A stretch of DNA of 63,434 bases, the filler included, from Intoshia linei (Eukaryota > Animalia > Orthonectida), in NCBI GenBank assembly GCA_001642005.1. It is 6 parts of 6 records of this genome, joined end to end, with 100 filler letters (N's around TTAATTAATTAA, not from the genome) between each part and the next. Parts side by side here need not be neighbours in the genome. Positions count along the whole stretch, not along the records: positions 15,598 to 42,514 come from LWCA01000451.1; positions 42,615 to 53,542 come from LWCA01001224.1; 4 more parts are not named here. The stretch is one strand, 5' to 3'. The position numbers and the translations under genes were made by a program. Under the pieces are notes generated by a model, which ran no database searches, was not told the origin of the DNA, and saw only the letters and a list, made by a program, of their open reading frames with translations. Positions 36,601-48,115 of the stretch are shown one piece after another; the stretch's first letter is position 1, and every line of letters begins with the position of its first letter.

Positions 36601-39600
36601 CACGGACCCCATTTCACCCAAATTTTTTCGCGAACCTCCTTTCTCATAGAAAAGATAAAAACACAAAAGACACGTATAAAAAGAAAATTTTTATTTTTTT
36701 CGCAGGTGCGCCCTGGAGTAAAAAAGATTAAGAAACACTGTTTATTCCAGTGACTCTAAAGATAAAATGTGAACCTCAGAAATCTACATATTACTAATCA
36801 AAAACGAATTTTAATATATTCCCAAAAAATTAATAAATTTAATAACGTGTAAAAACATACACCTGGAAACTGGCGCACTCGGCATAGCTAGCTACTGTAT
36901 ATACAAAGTCACAACAGTCAGACAGTAAATGTATAAAATAACAATTACTTTAATATATGGATGATCTTTATGACAAGTACCCCATTGACGCGAACACCTT
37001 TCTTCTTTTCGGTATTCAAAAAATTCAAAATTTGTAAGACTAATTTTTAAATTATATTTCAAAGAATAATTACAGATTATGAATAAAATTATGATTCTTA
37101 TCAAACATTTTATAAATAATACAATATAATGTAATAATATATGCATGACATAAGATGTATTATAAAAAATTGATTAAAAAATAGGTTTAAAGATGGGTCT
37201 TTAAAAAAATACTAAAAATCAAAAATATTCAGTAAATCAGAAATAAAATAAAACCTATATACATTATATATAGAAATTGGATTTGAAGTTTAATGAATCG
37301 ATTTAGAAGTAACTACATGTTACATGTACTACAAATAATATATCGAGTTGAATAGAGTGTCAACGGTATCTTAAATACAATGCCTTTCAGCAATAATTTT
37401 ATGCTTATATTCATTTAAACTTTAAATTAAAGTGTTAATTTGTTGAAAAAAATTATGTTTATTAATTAATAAACCCGCAGACTCCAATTAAAATTTCATC
37501 AAAATACCCATGTTTATATTTTTTTAAAAATTAATTTATCTGTTTTATCCATTTAATGTTATTTTCCTTCAATTTTAAATAGTCTTATCATGAAAAATTG
37601 TTAATCTAATCAGGGCCTAATCTACCGTACCGAGACCTTCTTTAAGGTAAGTCCTCGACGAAATTTTTGATACAAGGTGGGCCTCATTTTTCTAAATTGA
37701 GTATTAAAAAAATATATTCTTGAATATAATAACTTTTTTGTGTATCCAATTTAAAATTTCATGCCAAAATTCTTGGATAGGTGGGTAGGGTCATATGATA
37801 TTATTGATCGTTTAGAAAAAATTTTGGGGCTATTTTTCTTTAGCGATGGCCTCGAGCTTAGTAGTTTGGCTCTGAATCAATGTTATGAGTTTTGTCTTAA
37901 TCTGAAAGATATTTACAGCAACTACAAATTAGTATACTATAATATAGGTATAATTAAATGTATCATTATGTAACTGCGTTTTAGTCTAGAAAAACTATTC
38001 AGACTTAAATATAGAAGTTAATCAATTTATTAATTATTAATTAACAGTTAATTAAATATAGTGTATACATTTGAGTACTATAATTTCTAAGGGTTAAGAA
38101 TGTAATACAGTGAAACCTCTTATAAACAAACCCCTCTATAAACAAATTATCATGCTTTTAAAAACATCAATCCTATATCTAATTTATATTTTCACATGTC
38201 AACAGTTTACATTTTATGGAATTTTTATGACAATTATCACGCTTTTTTGATACTTCAAAAAACAAATTAGTCGTTAAATTTTCAAAATCGTTTGTTTATT
38301 AAGAGATTTCACTGTATATATAAAAATAAAAAATTTGAGAGATGATTACAAAGAATTTATCTTTAATTTTTCAATAATGGTAGTGAAATATCTTTAAAAA
38401 ACCTAGATCATCATGAAAGGGCAGATGGGTGTCTCATATAATTTATTGTGCTAAATCGTATATATTGGATATCAATAAAAATTATGAAAAGGAATTTGTC
38501 CTAATACAAGTGTGTTTGTATATGTATTTTATGGATATTTGCCATTTTGGCTCAAGTCATCGGATACACAACCAGCTAGGATCAATTATATGTCGATAAT
38601 TATGCACATGTTAATAATATTTTCAATAAAAAACAAAAAAATTACATGGCAACTTCCTTTTCATCATAAACCAATACAATACCACCGTTTTTCTTTTCTT
38701 TCTGTTCACTTTCAATCAAATCTTTATTAACGTTCGTTACAGGTAAAATAATAGCTATAGACTGATTTGACATTCCGTCTATTTATAGAAAATTACATAT
38801 ATATAATTAGAATGCATGACCCTAAGGGTAAATTATAATACAATAATATTATAATGAAAAAAAATTTTTTTAAAGAATTTGTTGTGAAATTGATTCTTTT
38901 GAAATAAAAATAAACACAAACAAAAATAAGACATATAGTTCCAGTCATCTCTTCACGAAATTTCAAATTTCAAATTTTGGTACATAAAATATATGTAGTT
39001 GTGATATTCAAAAATTTAATCTTTTCAAAATGCTCAATTTTGAAAAATGATGTCTCCACATTAAAAAAATTTCATCGATACTTCAAAGAAGGGCTTCGGT
39101 ACGGTAGTTCCGACTCTGTACTATATCCATGATAATACAAATTTAAATGCATAAATATTTACGTAGAACTAATAATACCATTTGATAATTGACCATAATG
39201 TTGAGACATCAAAAACTCGCTTTCTTTCATAAACCCAGTCATAGGAGTAGCCCAACCTTCTGCTAAAATTTGCAACCACTGTAAATCCAACTAAAAGCAT
39301 AAATAAAATATTTTTAACAAAAATTGTTTATCATGTATCAGACGGGATCAAGCAAGGGTGAGGGTCAAAAAATATATTTAAGAAATTTGTCAGTTGAATT
39401 TACAATTTTACTCACTATCCTCATTTTAGAACTTTTTTAACTTATTAATTGCTATATTTTTACAAATGAAAAAGTTTACTCACATATTTTTTTCAAAAAT
39501 TCAAAAAACAACTTATTTAAGGGTTTTTAGCTTGACTTATAAATATTCCTAATAAATAGACCGATGCGGTCCGCGAACTACATTATGAACTAGTCATTCA

Positions 39601-41431
39601 TATATGATTTCATTTATTATTAATTTAATTAAAAATATAAATTTTAAGAAATTACCATATCAATGTTTAGCCTTGAAAAATGAATATAATTATTATATTT
39701 AATCTTTACATCATCATGTATATACAACTCTTTGACATAATTCACGCAAAATAATGGTAAAATTTCCTAAAATATTAATTTTACTTTTATTATTAAATAT
39801 TGAAATATAATTAATAAAACGTCCACTATAATCACGTAAAAAATACACTATTACAGGGATTATAAAGGTGCATCCACAATGACAGGATTCTCATAAAAAT
39901 TTAATCATAAACCTTAGTTTCACTTTTCTTGTATACCACCCTAATCTTACTTTTGAATAACTGCCCTTCGGAGCATCGATTTCATTTTTGTAAAATGGTG
40001 GCCTCATTTTCGAAATTGAGCATTAAAAAAATTATATTCTTGAATAACATAACTATTTTATGTGTTAAATTTAAAATATCAAGTCAAGAGTATTAGAGAG
40101 GTGGTTAGTGTATATATGACACTGCGCATTATCTGTGAAATTTTTTAATGACCTGCATTTACTGTATTTTTGATTTTCCGGTTGGTCTCGAACTGAATAG
40201 GTTCGCTTATGGGTCATATCAACTGTATAACTGGTTATATTATAATAATATTTAATTATTGAAATAATTTATTCAAACTATATGTTTACATTTTTTTAAA
40301 GGTCAAAACTTTCCAACCAAAAGTTAAGGTTAATAATTAGATTATCAAATCAGTTAAAATAAAGTTTTAACTATTGCAAATAAAAAGATTTTATTTAAAT
40401 ATGTAAATGTTAAAAAATGTAAATTTTTATTACAAATTATAAAAATTTAACTATTTTCGCGAGTGGAAGTTGCCCAGTGGGCAATGCACACCGATAAAAA
40501 ATATTATGAATACATTAGTGTACATGCTTTTTCAATATTATTGGTCCATATGTATTATTTTATTGCACCAGATTAAATTATCTAGCAACCTTTCAAAAAT
40601 GTTTAAATGAATTTACATTTTTATGCAAATGAGTCACAATTTCCATAACCAAACATTTAACAGATTTATTGACCGAATCCAATACAATATCTGGATTAGT
40701 TGGTTCCTCGTATCTTTGATCAATTCCAGTAAATCCTAAATGTTAAAAATGTAAATTTATTCTATATCAAGAAAATAAGCCCACCACTCTGAGAATTATG
40801 GATATACAATAATACCTTTAATTTCACCACGCCTAGCTTTTTTGTACATGCCTCGCGGATCACGTTTTTCACAAACTTCAATGTTTGCGTTTACGTGACA
40901 TTCAAAAAATGCTAGTCCGTTATCTTGATGTAATTTTTTGGACGTGTCACGATCCTAAAAAATAAAAATATTAAAATTTTCAAAAATATAACCTTTTGAA
41001 AAGGACTTATAAAGGACGTTATGCAGACCATACCTGAATCAGCAAACAGTCTTGCTACTTCCGAAATACGTCTAATGTTTTCTTCTCTGAAAATTTATTT
41101 AAACACTGAAATAAAAAATAAAAACCGATCTATAGGAGAAAATCCTAAATTACTATTTAGGCCATGTCTAATATTGTCCCCATCCAACGAATAAGCAGGA
41201 ATTCCCATTTTTACCAAATATTTTTCAAGGGCAAACGAAATTGTGGTTTTTCCTGCTCCAGATAAACCTAGTTACAATGTAAAACAATTTAAGAACGAAA
41301 TAATTGATATTAACGTGAACATTACCTGTAAGCCATATGGTACAACCCCTAAAGCCACCTAATCTGCCTACACATTCGGCTCGATTCTGGCGACTCAACA
41401 GATTTTCCTGGAAAGTCACATTGGTTGACAT
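30644..41431 (-). CDS. PAPSS: Bifunctional 3'-phosphoadenosine 5'-phosphosulfate synthase (APS kinase + ATP sulfurylase), ~15 exons
   Basis: MSTNVTFQ...[10 protein letters not shown]|GLSGAGKTT...[10 protein letters not shown]; [16 protein letters not shown]; [11 protein letters not shown]; [11 protein letters not shown]; YIVGRDPAG; ISGSKMR...GFMDP. The last exon 30701-30644 ([18 protein letters not shown]) joins in phase 2. Confidence 0.96.
31360..31730 (+). mobile_element. hAT-type MITE, same family as 50663-51188
   Basis: Shares blocks such as ATTCAAATAAAAT, TATTTCATGTTTCC..GG.TCCAAAAAAATAAATATTTTGAAAT and a CGGGAA end. Boundaries approximate. Confidence 0.65.
31747..31882. mobile_element. 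piggyBac-type MITE
   Basis: TTAA|CCCTTTCACTGTCTG...CAGACAGTGAAAGAA|TTAA. Confidence 0.82.
32504..33304 (+). CDS. CENP-B/Tigger(pogo)-derived DNA-binding protein lacking a DDE domain, 266 aa; nested antisense in the last PAPSS intron
   Basis: CENP-B_N HTH ([16 protein letters not shown]...SQRFLA). Tc5-type HTH ([10 protein letters not shown]...LKKKA...[15 protein letters not shown]). Thr/Asn linker, then C-terminal [18 protein letters not shown] helix. The frame is intact. Confidence 0.88.
   Translation: MNTKNEINQNIKRKRRDLSIDEKKKLIRLFEEDKGKSQRFLATKHRISLGSVNKLLNNSESILNTVNEGDLARKRKVRLRSSSDIDLILYEWFQSQQSLHININGQELKKKALEYALLYNNKEFKASTGWLNSFVSRHTISLNYTVNTPKTTIDTKTIDDNTTIKTVIYNHADKQIAQNDNISQATINNDNSTRVCKVKNEPITPYDAYMCAKKLEKYFITRIPEKLTRVWDIIGDIQEEANSRSINEQNKDEEIDIKLFNLNNCK
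35130..35343. mobile_element. hAT MITE
   Basis: CAATGGTTCC...GGGAAACGCTG with a perfect 8-bp TSD GTATAATG (35122-35129, 35344-35351). Confidence 0.85.
36577..36740. mobile_element. hAT-like MITE
   Basis: TIR CAGTGGTTATTAA...TTAAGAAACACTG; TSD not conserved. Confidence 0.6.
37611..37874. mobile_element. hAT-like MITE; related copies near 34780-35080, 39960-40210 and 55200-55450
   Basis: CAGGGCCTAATCTAC...GTAGTTTGGCTCTG ends. Shared internal block GG(T/G)(G/A)CCTCATTTT.C.AAATTGAG.ATTA.AAAAA...ATATTCTTGAA. Confidence 0.6.
38108..38314. mobile_element. pogo/Tigger-type MITE
   Basis: TA|CAGTGAAACCTCTTATAAACAAAC...GTTTGTTTATTAAGAGATTTCACTG|TA. Confidence 0.88.
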
Positions 41432-41842
41432 TGTATATTTAGTGTAAAATTTTTTAATAATCTAAAATGTAATGGTTACTTATTCAACAAAATATTTATG
41501 TAAAAATTACCAATTCTATAAATACTTATATTGACGATTCAATGACCTTTTTAAGTCTAAAATAGAATAAATAAAATATTTTGAATTCAGCGTGACAAAT
41601 ATTAAATTAAGTAAAACGTCTCCATGATCTTTAGTGTTTACAATTCAGTCACGTATTCAATATGGGGAAAATTTGATCAATGTAAATATATTACACGTGT
41701 TTCACGGTATTCACAAATCTAAGGAAACTTGGAAATCTTTCGACAGATGGAAAAAATATACATAAATTTAATATAATTTACAATTATTGATAACAGAACT
41801 AATATATCGATATTTACTAAAATTATATTATCTAAATTGAAA

Positions 41843-42012
41843 TTAGTACTTTAAGTTTACATTTACGTCAAGAATTATCCCTGCTGCAATTGTATTTCCA
41901 TTATATCTTAGTATAATTTGTCCTAAATTTTTAGAATTTTCATATGTCTCAAAAGGATAAATTTCTTTGCAAGATATTTTTACGACGACAATATCATTGC
42001 TCTTTATTATTC
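41843..42012 (-). CDS. HBS1L: C-terminal exon of an HBS1-like translational GTPase (domain III); upstream exons toward the gap
   Basis: IIKSNDIVVVKISCKEIYPFETYENSKNLGQIILRYNGNTIAAGIILD. LRY.G.TIAAG fits HBS1 better than eRF3 (LRDEGKTIAIG). Confidence 0.7.
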
Positions 42013-42419
42013 TAAAATTAGTCATTATAATCAGTATAATATACATTACAGCTTTTTTGTGAAGCTAATTTAAATAAATTTTGAAAAGTGGGAACCCAAA
42101 AGTCAAAGCTAATGATAAAACCCAATTTTTACAAAATCTAATATTAATTACAGTAAGTAGAATAACATATAGACAAGTATCCAGACCGGCCCGGACCTCA
42201 GTAAATAATTTTCCTCTAGGCTCAACGAAATTTCGATGACAAATTGGTGTATCGGTACGAAACATTGATGTAACATGTACAATGTATATTGTACACAAAT
42301 AAAAATATTTATGGGCGTCATTCCATTTTTTTCAAAATTAACATAAAATGAGAGATTGTTCAAAAAAGTTCACTGCTCTAATGTATAAAAATTTTAAATT
42401 ACAGGGTATTTATATTTAT

Positions 42420-42492
42420 TTTTGCACATTACAAGAAAGTTTTTGCACTTTACAAAAAAATTTTTGCATTTTACAGAAAAGTTTTTGCACTT
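42420..42492. repeat. Short tandem repeat, ~21-bp unit x ~4
   Basis: TTTTTGCA(C/T)(A/T)TTACAAGAAA-like units. Confidence 0.7.
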
Positions 42493-42679
42493 TATTGTTT
42501 TGTCAATTATGATGNNNNNNNNNNNNNNNNNNNNNNNNNNNNNNNNNNNNNNNNNNNNTTAATTAATTAANNNNNNNNNNNNNNNNNNNNNNNNNNNNNN
42601 NNNNNNNNNNNNNNTATTATATTATATATATTTTATTATATTATATATTATATATATATTATTATATTATGCATATTAT

Positions 42680-43610
42680 AATATGCTACGCAATATTTGT
42701 TGTGTGTGTTACCGTTTATTTCAATAACTACCAGTTTAAGAATTTTATAAAGTCCACATTTTAATTACAGTTTTTTACAGACGTGTTAGCAAAATAAATT
42801 CAAACCTCCCAAACTCACATCTTACAGGTCAAAAACCCCAATTGTCCTTTTTTTGAAAATCAAACGAGTTTGAGAATATAAAAAAATATATACACTGATG
42901 CGGATTTTAAAATCATAAACATTATCATAAATTTAAATTTAAAAAATTATATCTTCAGGGCCAAAGCCCCAAATTACCCTTTTTTTTAATAAAAACAGCA
43001 CTAGAATTTAAATAAATTTACAGGTGTTACAGTTGTATCCTGTTAACACCCACATAAAATTTCAATCTGAATAAGTGACGACTTCACGGTCAAAAATATA
43101 TTTTAGTATTTATATATTTTTTTTCCGAAATATTTGATTAAAATAAAAATTGAAAATGTAAATATTGATCCTACAATTTAAAAAAAGTGTACATTGAACT
43201 TGAAAATTGAACATTGAACGTCTACACATTTCCAATAAAGAAATGTAATGTTGTCACATTTTAAACTTTATTGATTTGTAATATCGTCCAGAAATTATAT
43301 TAAATTAAATATAAGATTTATATTGTAAATATCTTAGTATCTAAAACATTACAAGAAATATGGGTGAAAATCTATATAATTATTCCTTCGGAATTTTTTT
43401 CATTGCTACACAATTTTTCAATCTCATGTTCTCATTTTCAAAACATTTTGGTTAAAATTTAAATTAAAACTAGAACAACGTATTACTAAAAGTAATACAA
43501 CTTTGTTATTATCATTTTTATATTTATTACAATCCTTTATAATATTAGTAAAATTCATCTGAAATATTTTTATAAAGTGCTGATTCTGTTAATTATTAAT
43601 ACATAATTTT
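42680..43610 (+). mobile_element. Helitron-like dispersed repeat copy
   Basis: Homologous to 15598-16028 and 24785-25731 (both inverted). Confidence 0.7.
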
Positions 43611-43763
43611 TTGTTTTTTGTACGTAGTACATAATAGTCAACACAATTTTGTTATATTAAACTTTTAATGCATCAAAAATTTAATTAAATCTAGAAATTT
43701 GTTATTACTGAAAATAGTTTCCATGAAGCATGAAACGTAAAATCAAAAACTAAATGCAATATT

Positions 43764-45918
43764 ATGCGTTTTTCAGTATTAAATGTTACAAGATTAATTT
43801 TTTTATTCATTGATTTGGCTTTTTTACTTTTTTCTGCATTTTACAATGAATGGATTGTATCAAACTTTGTAGATTCACCATTTGTATCAATTGGATTGTT
43901 CAAAGTTTGTTTAAATAAATGCACTTCAAATTATTGCAAATATGCTGATGACGATGCTCGCAAACTATACAAAGGCTGCCTTTCTCTTAATCACCATTCT
44001 CTAATCAATTTAAAGTCGTGGATATATCCCTGTAATTTTTTTGAATTATTTATGATAATTGGTGACCAAATTGTGTTTTAAAAAAAATAAATCATCTTTT
44101 TTTTCTAATGGTTTAGTTTTGTCTTCTACACAATAATTAATAAGAATTTAGAAATATGATCCCATTAAAATAATGCAATAATAAAATAACCATTTTCAAA
44201 ATATTAATTTTCCACTTTATCCTAAATTTAGGGTGGTACAGCTCTACTCGACACTATTAGAATATATTATATAAATTTTGTTATTTTTCTATATTGATAA
44301 ATTTGAAAGCCCATTAAATTACTTTTTTGGCTAATACTAACTGTTAGTTGGCTACATATCTAGGATCTATTAAAAGAAACATTGAGGGTTGACGTAATTT
44401 TTTTTATAATTATTTACATTTTAGATTGGTTATATTTGATTCAGATATTTTTTATTTCATATACAACGATAATCATCATGAATTTAACCATATCAATATC
44501 CGAAATGGTACTTAATTTCAACAAAAATTATAAAAAAACCTTTTTGTACATTTACGTTATATCGATATGTATCCTTTTTACGAATGGTATATAATTTTTT
44601 TCATTTTTAAGATTACAGTAGCATATGATTAAGCGGACCACTATTTTCAAAATGTTGTCCGTTTTAAACAACTAATACATCTTACGTTTAAACTTTTTTA
44701 TAAGCCTTTAAATTAGGGCAGGGGTCGTCAAACAGGAGTCCGTGAGCCAAAAGTGGTCAAAGAATAATTTTGGTGACCCTTTCAATCAATATTTAAATTA
44801 TTTATTTTTAAAATTTTCAACTTTTAAATGCAGTTTTAAACATTTTTTACTACAATTGGCTATTATAATGATTTTAATACTGAATTTTCAGATCACTCTG
44901 GATTTTATTTTGTTGAATGCACGAGACCCGTTTCTCTTTAATTAAAATTGAAATGTATTATGTGTAAATTTTCAAAAACGGATGATGGAAATTTTTGATA
45001 TAAAAAATGGTCCACGCGATGCAAAAGGTTGCCTTATCTATAGTTTTTAGGGTTTGGTATCATTAGGGACATACTATTTTAATAATTAATGGGTAATGTT
45101 GGAAATTTCATATTTTTTTGAAATTTTATGATGACCAGTGCGATTTCCAACTGTTATTTTTAATTTTTAGACAATAAACAATCGATTAAAATCGTTTTAT
45201 TAAAATTAATATTGTTTATCGTCGACATTGTTAGATGTCTTATTTTTAAAATTTTTTTTAAATTGAGCCTACAATTTTCATCTGACCTGGACCCACTGCT
45301 GGCGACTTTCTCCACGAAATGTTCGAATGTAGACCTTCCAAACTACTAAATATTATGTCAAAATGAAAACTTAGTTATACAAATTTGTATAGATTTTTCT
45401 GGGACAGGGTTCACTATTATTGTTAAAAAGATTATTTTTGTCAGATATATAAATCCATTTACACGAAAAACTAAAATTAATGAAAATTTTTAAATTTTGT
45501 AAAAAGTGGTGAGCTTTTAACAACTAGTCTTTGGTCATTTTTTTTCTGTAGTCATTTGTAGTATAGTGGTCAGCTTAATCTGTTGCTACTGTATATTGAA
45601 ATTTTAGTTTTATTTGGAATATTGATTATTGCTACATTTTTAAAGTGTGCACATTTTTTCGATTGGATACCATTCTACAATTATAACAAACTTGGAATAG
45701 GTTTATACGCTTTTATAGTTTCTGAATTTTTTACAATAATTACATTAATTTCTCAAATTTTGTCTTTGGTTTCATATTATGTCTATGTTGATGATTTCAA
45801 GGCAGAAACTGAGGAATTTTTCCATCAAGAAAATTTAATACCATTACAAAACTCCAACGAAATGAATCAAGAAATTGTGAATATTAGAGATTTTTCATTT
45901 GATAAATATGATTTGTAA
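43764..45918 (+). CDS. Invertebrate claudin-family tetraspan protein (Kune/Megatrachea/Sinuous-like); exons 43764-44031, 44425-44586, 45608-45918
   Basis: Four hydrophobic segments. ECL1 signature W...GLFKVC...C...C. WIYPYWLYLIQIFF before TM2 and DWIPFYNYNKLG before TM4. Both introns are phase 1. Confidence 0.82.
44616..45591. mobile_element. Non-autonomous Tc1/mariner-type element filling claudin intron 2
   Basis: TA|CAGTAGCATATGATTAAGCGGACCACTA...TAGTGGTCAGCTTAATCTGTTGCTACTG|TA (~28-bp TIR). Confidence 0.88.
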
Positions 45919-46068
45919 ATATTAAATTATAATTCATATCCTCTTATTAAAAAAATTACATTTGATTAATTATAAATAATTATAAATAAATCCTCATGCA
46001 TAAACGTCATTGTATATTATTGCTGAGTCGTTTTCAAATTATTGTTCGCTAGTTTCGACCTATATGAA

Positions 46069-46650
46069 CAGTGGCGGATCCAAGGGGTGCAAAAGGTACA
46101 GTTGCTCCCCCTAAATTTAAAAAAAAAATTTAATTAATGTTTTGTAAAATAACTGAAAAAGGTTTTAATTTATTAAAACAATATAGATGGCTCATAACAT
46201 TACATGAACAATTGATCATGTGACTTACGGCCTTTTGTTATATGCACATCTACAGTGTTTATTTAATGATAAATATAATGTATATAATGATGTAGATTCT
46301 ACATGATCAATTATAGATGTAGACTACATCTACTACTCTACTCTACAAAGCAAATATAGAGGGATCTGACATTGAGACTTTTTTTAAAATTAACATTGCA
46401 ATTTCTTTTTTCGATTCTATTTTAGGTGAACTCAGCTTACGATTTTTCAGTGGTCAACAGATTTTTTTGAAATGATTTTCCTTACATCCCACTTATTTTA
46501 AAACGAGTCATTTTGAAGATTTGAAAGAATTCGCAGAAAAATATGAATTATTTTTACCATGCATATCATTAGATGAAGATCTCAAAGCAGAATATACTAG
46601 ATGGAAAAAAAACTTGATTCAAAGACCACTATCATCATACAATTAATCGA
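46069..46650 (+). mobile_element. hAT (Tip100/ZMYM1-like) transposon remnant
   Basis: Left end CAGTGGCGGATCCAAGGGG. Broken coding remnants DSILGELSLRF and LKEFAEKYEL...LKAEYTRWKK. Confidence 0.6.
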
Positions 46651-48115
46651 AAGCTGCAATTCTAATTTTTTTTATTTTTGCGAAAAAATGTGTTTAGTTA
46701 GTTAGTATTTAGTTTAATAATGTCATTATGAGCAAAGGTGTAAAAATTTTATTACCAGCGTTTCTGGTTTTAAAATTAAAACATTTTTGTAAAATTCATT
46801 ATTGCGGAGTTGCGAGATGTTGGAATTTTATCCCAAAGCCTATACGACCGCTAAATTATTATTTTAAAAATCCCATTTTTATCCCACAATTAATAATATT
46901 TACATTACATTACAATAATATGTTAATAAAAAATACCATTTCAAGTCCTTAATTAGTATGTATATTTTTGCAACAGTATTATAATTAACAATATTGTTTT
47001 TAATTAATATAATCAAATTCTATGAATATATTTATTTTTTTCCATTTTTAGCAAATATTTACATATGTTTATAGTAATAAAAAAATATTTAAAGAATTAT
47101 TATACTTGATTCATCAAAAATAAGGGGGGTGTATGTAGACTTTTGCAACACACTGTAGCTATCATTTAATAGACTAATGATTTCATTATAGTAAAAAAGA
47201 AAAGTCAATTTCTGACTTTAGATTTTTGTAATCTAGATTTTAGAATTCTAAATAAAAAATATTCTGAGTTTATAATTTAATATATAATATTTTATTTTAT
47301 TATATTTATTTTATATATAATAGTTTAATATTATAATCTAAAATTTTTTAAATTGAAAAATTTTGTTTTACCAGAGATTCCCCTTGTAATTTAGTTGATG
47401 ACAGTTGAAGATACAAATTTCTTAGAATGAAATTTATGATAAAAAATTGACGGGAAAATCTGCATAGTGATTTACGCCTTTTAGAGTTGGTATTTTTTAT
47501 ACATAATTAATACATAACATTTCGCGGACACTAGAAAATTATAGCGACCTAAGGGATCCGCGGACCCCAGTTTAAGAAACGCTGGAAAAAGGTAAGCCAA
47601 TAATGAATAGAAAATTTTACGTTAACAACATAACACGTTATTAAAACGTTATTATAATAATCACTAAATATAATTTTTGCTCTACATAAAAAAAATTCAA
47701 ATTGATCAATTCATGAAAAGTTTCAATTTTTATCGTATCAATTAACTAAAAAAAACTAAATTAATTGAATATTAAATTTTTAATTGTAAAAATAATAATT
47801 CGAATTTATATAAAATAATTAATTGCAATCAATTATTTCTAATCCTCACCTTAAGTGTCAATTAATTAGTAGTAATGTCATCACTAAACGCAAATAAACA
47901 AACTACATTTAATGTAATTATATTTATTATAAAAAAATTTCATTAATATTTGAAGTCAATGTTGTATAAAGAAATTACCTTTAGCTTGTGTTGGTAATGT
48001 ATTCTTCAATTTCCAAGATTACTTGTACAAAGCAACAATAAATCAACAAATTATTTGTCACATTTTGAATCTATGTCTTAAATATAATAAACGAAATTAT
48101 CGAACGAGCGATTTA

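Noticed and set aside
46756-47584. CAGCGTTTCT...AGAAACGCTG inverted pair as a single hAT element
   Set aside because: Only a 10-bp match with no 8-bp TSD; may be ends of separate elements.
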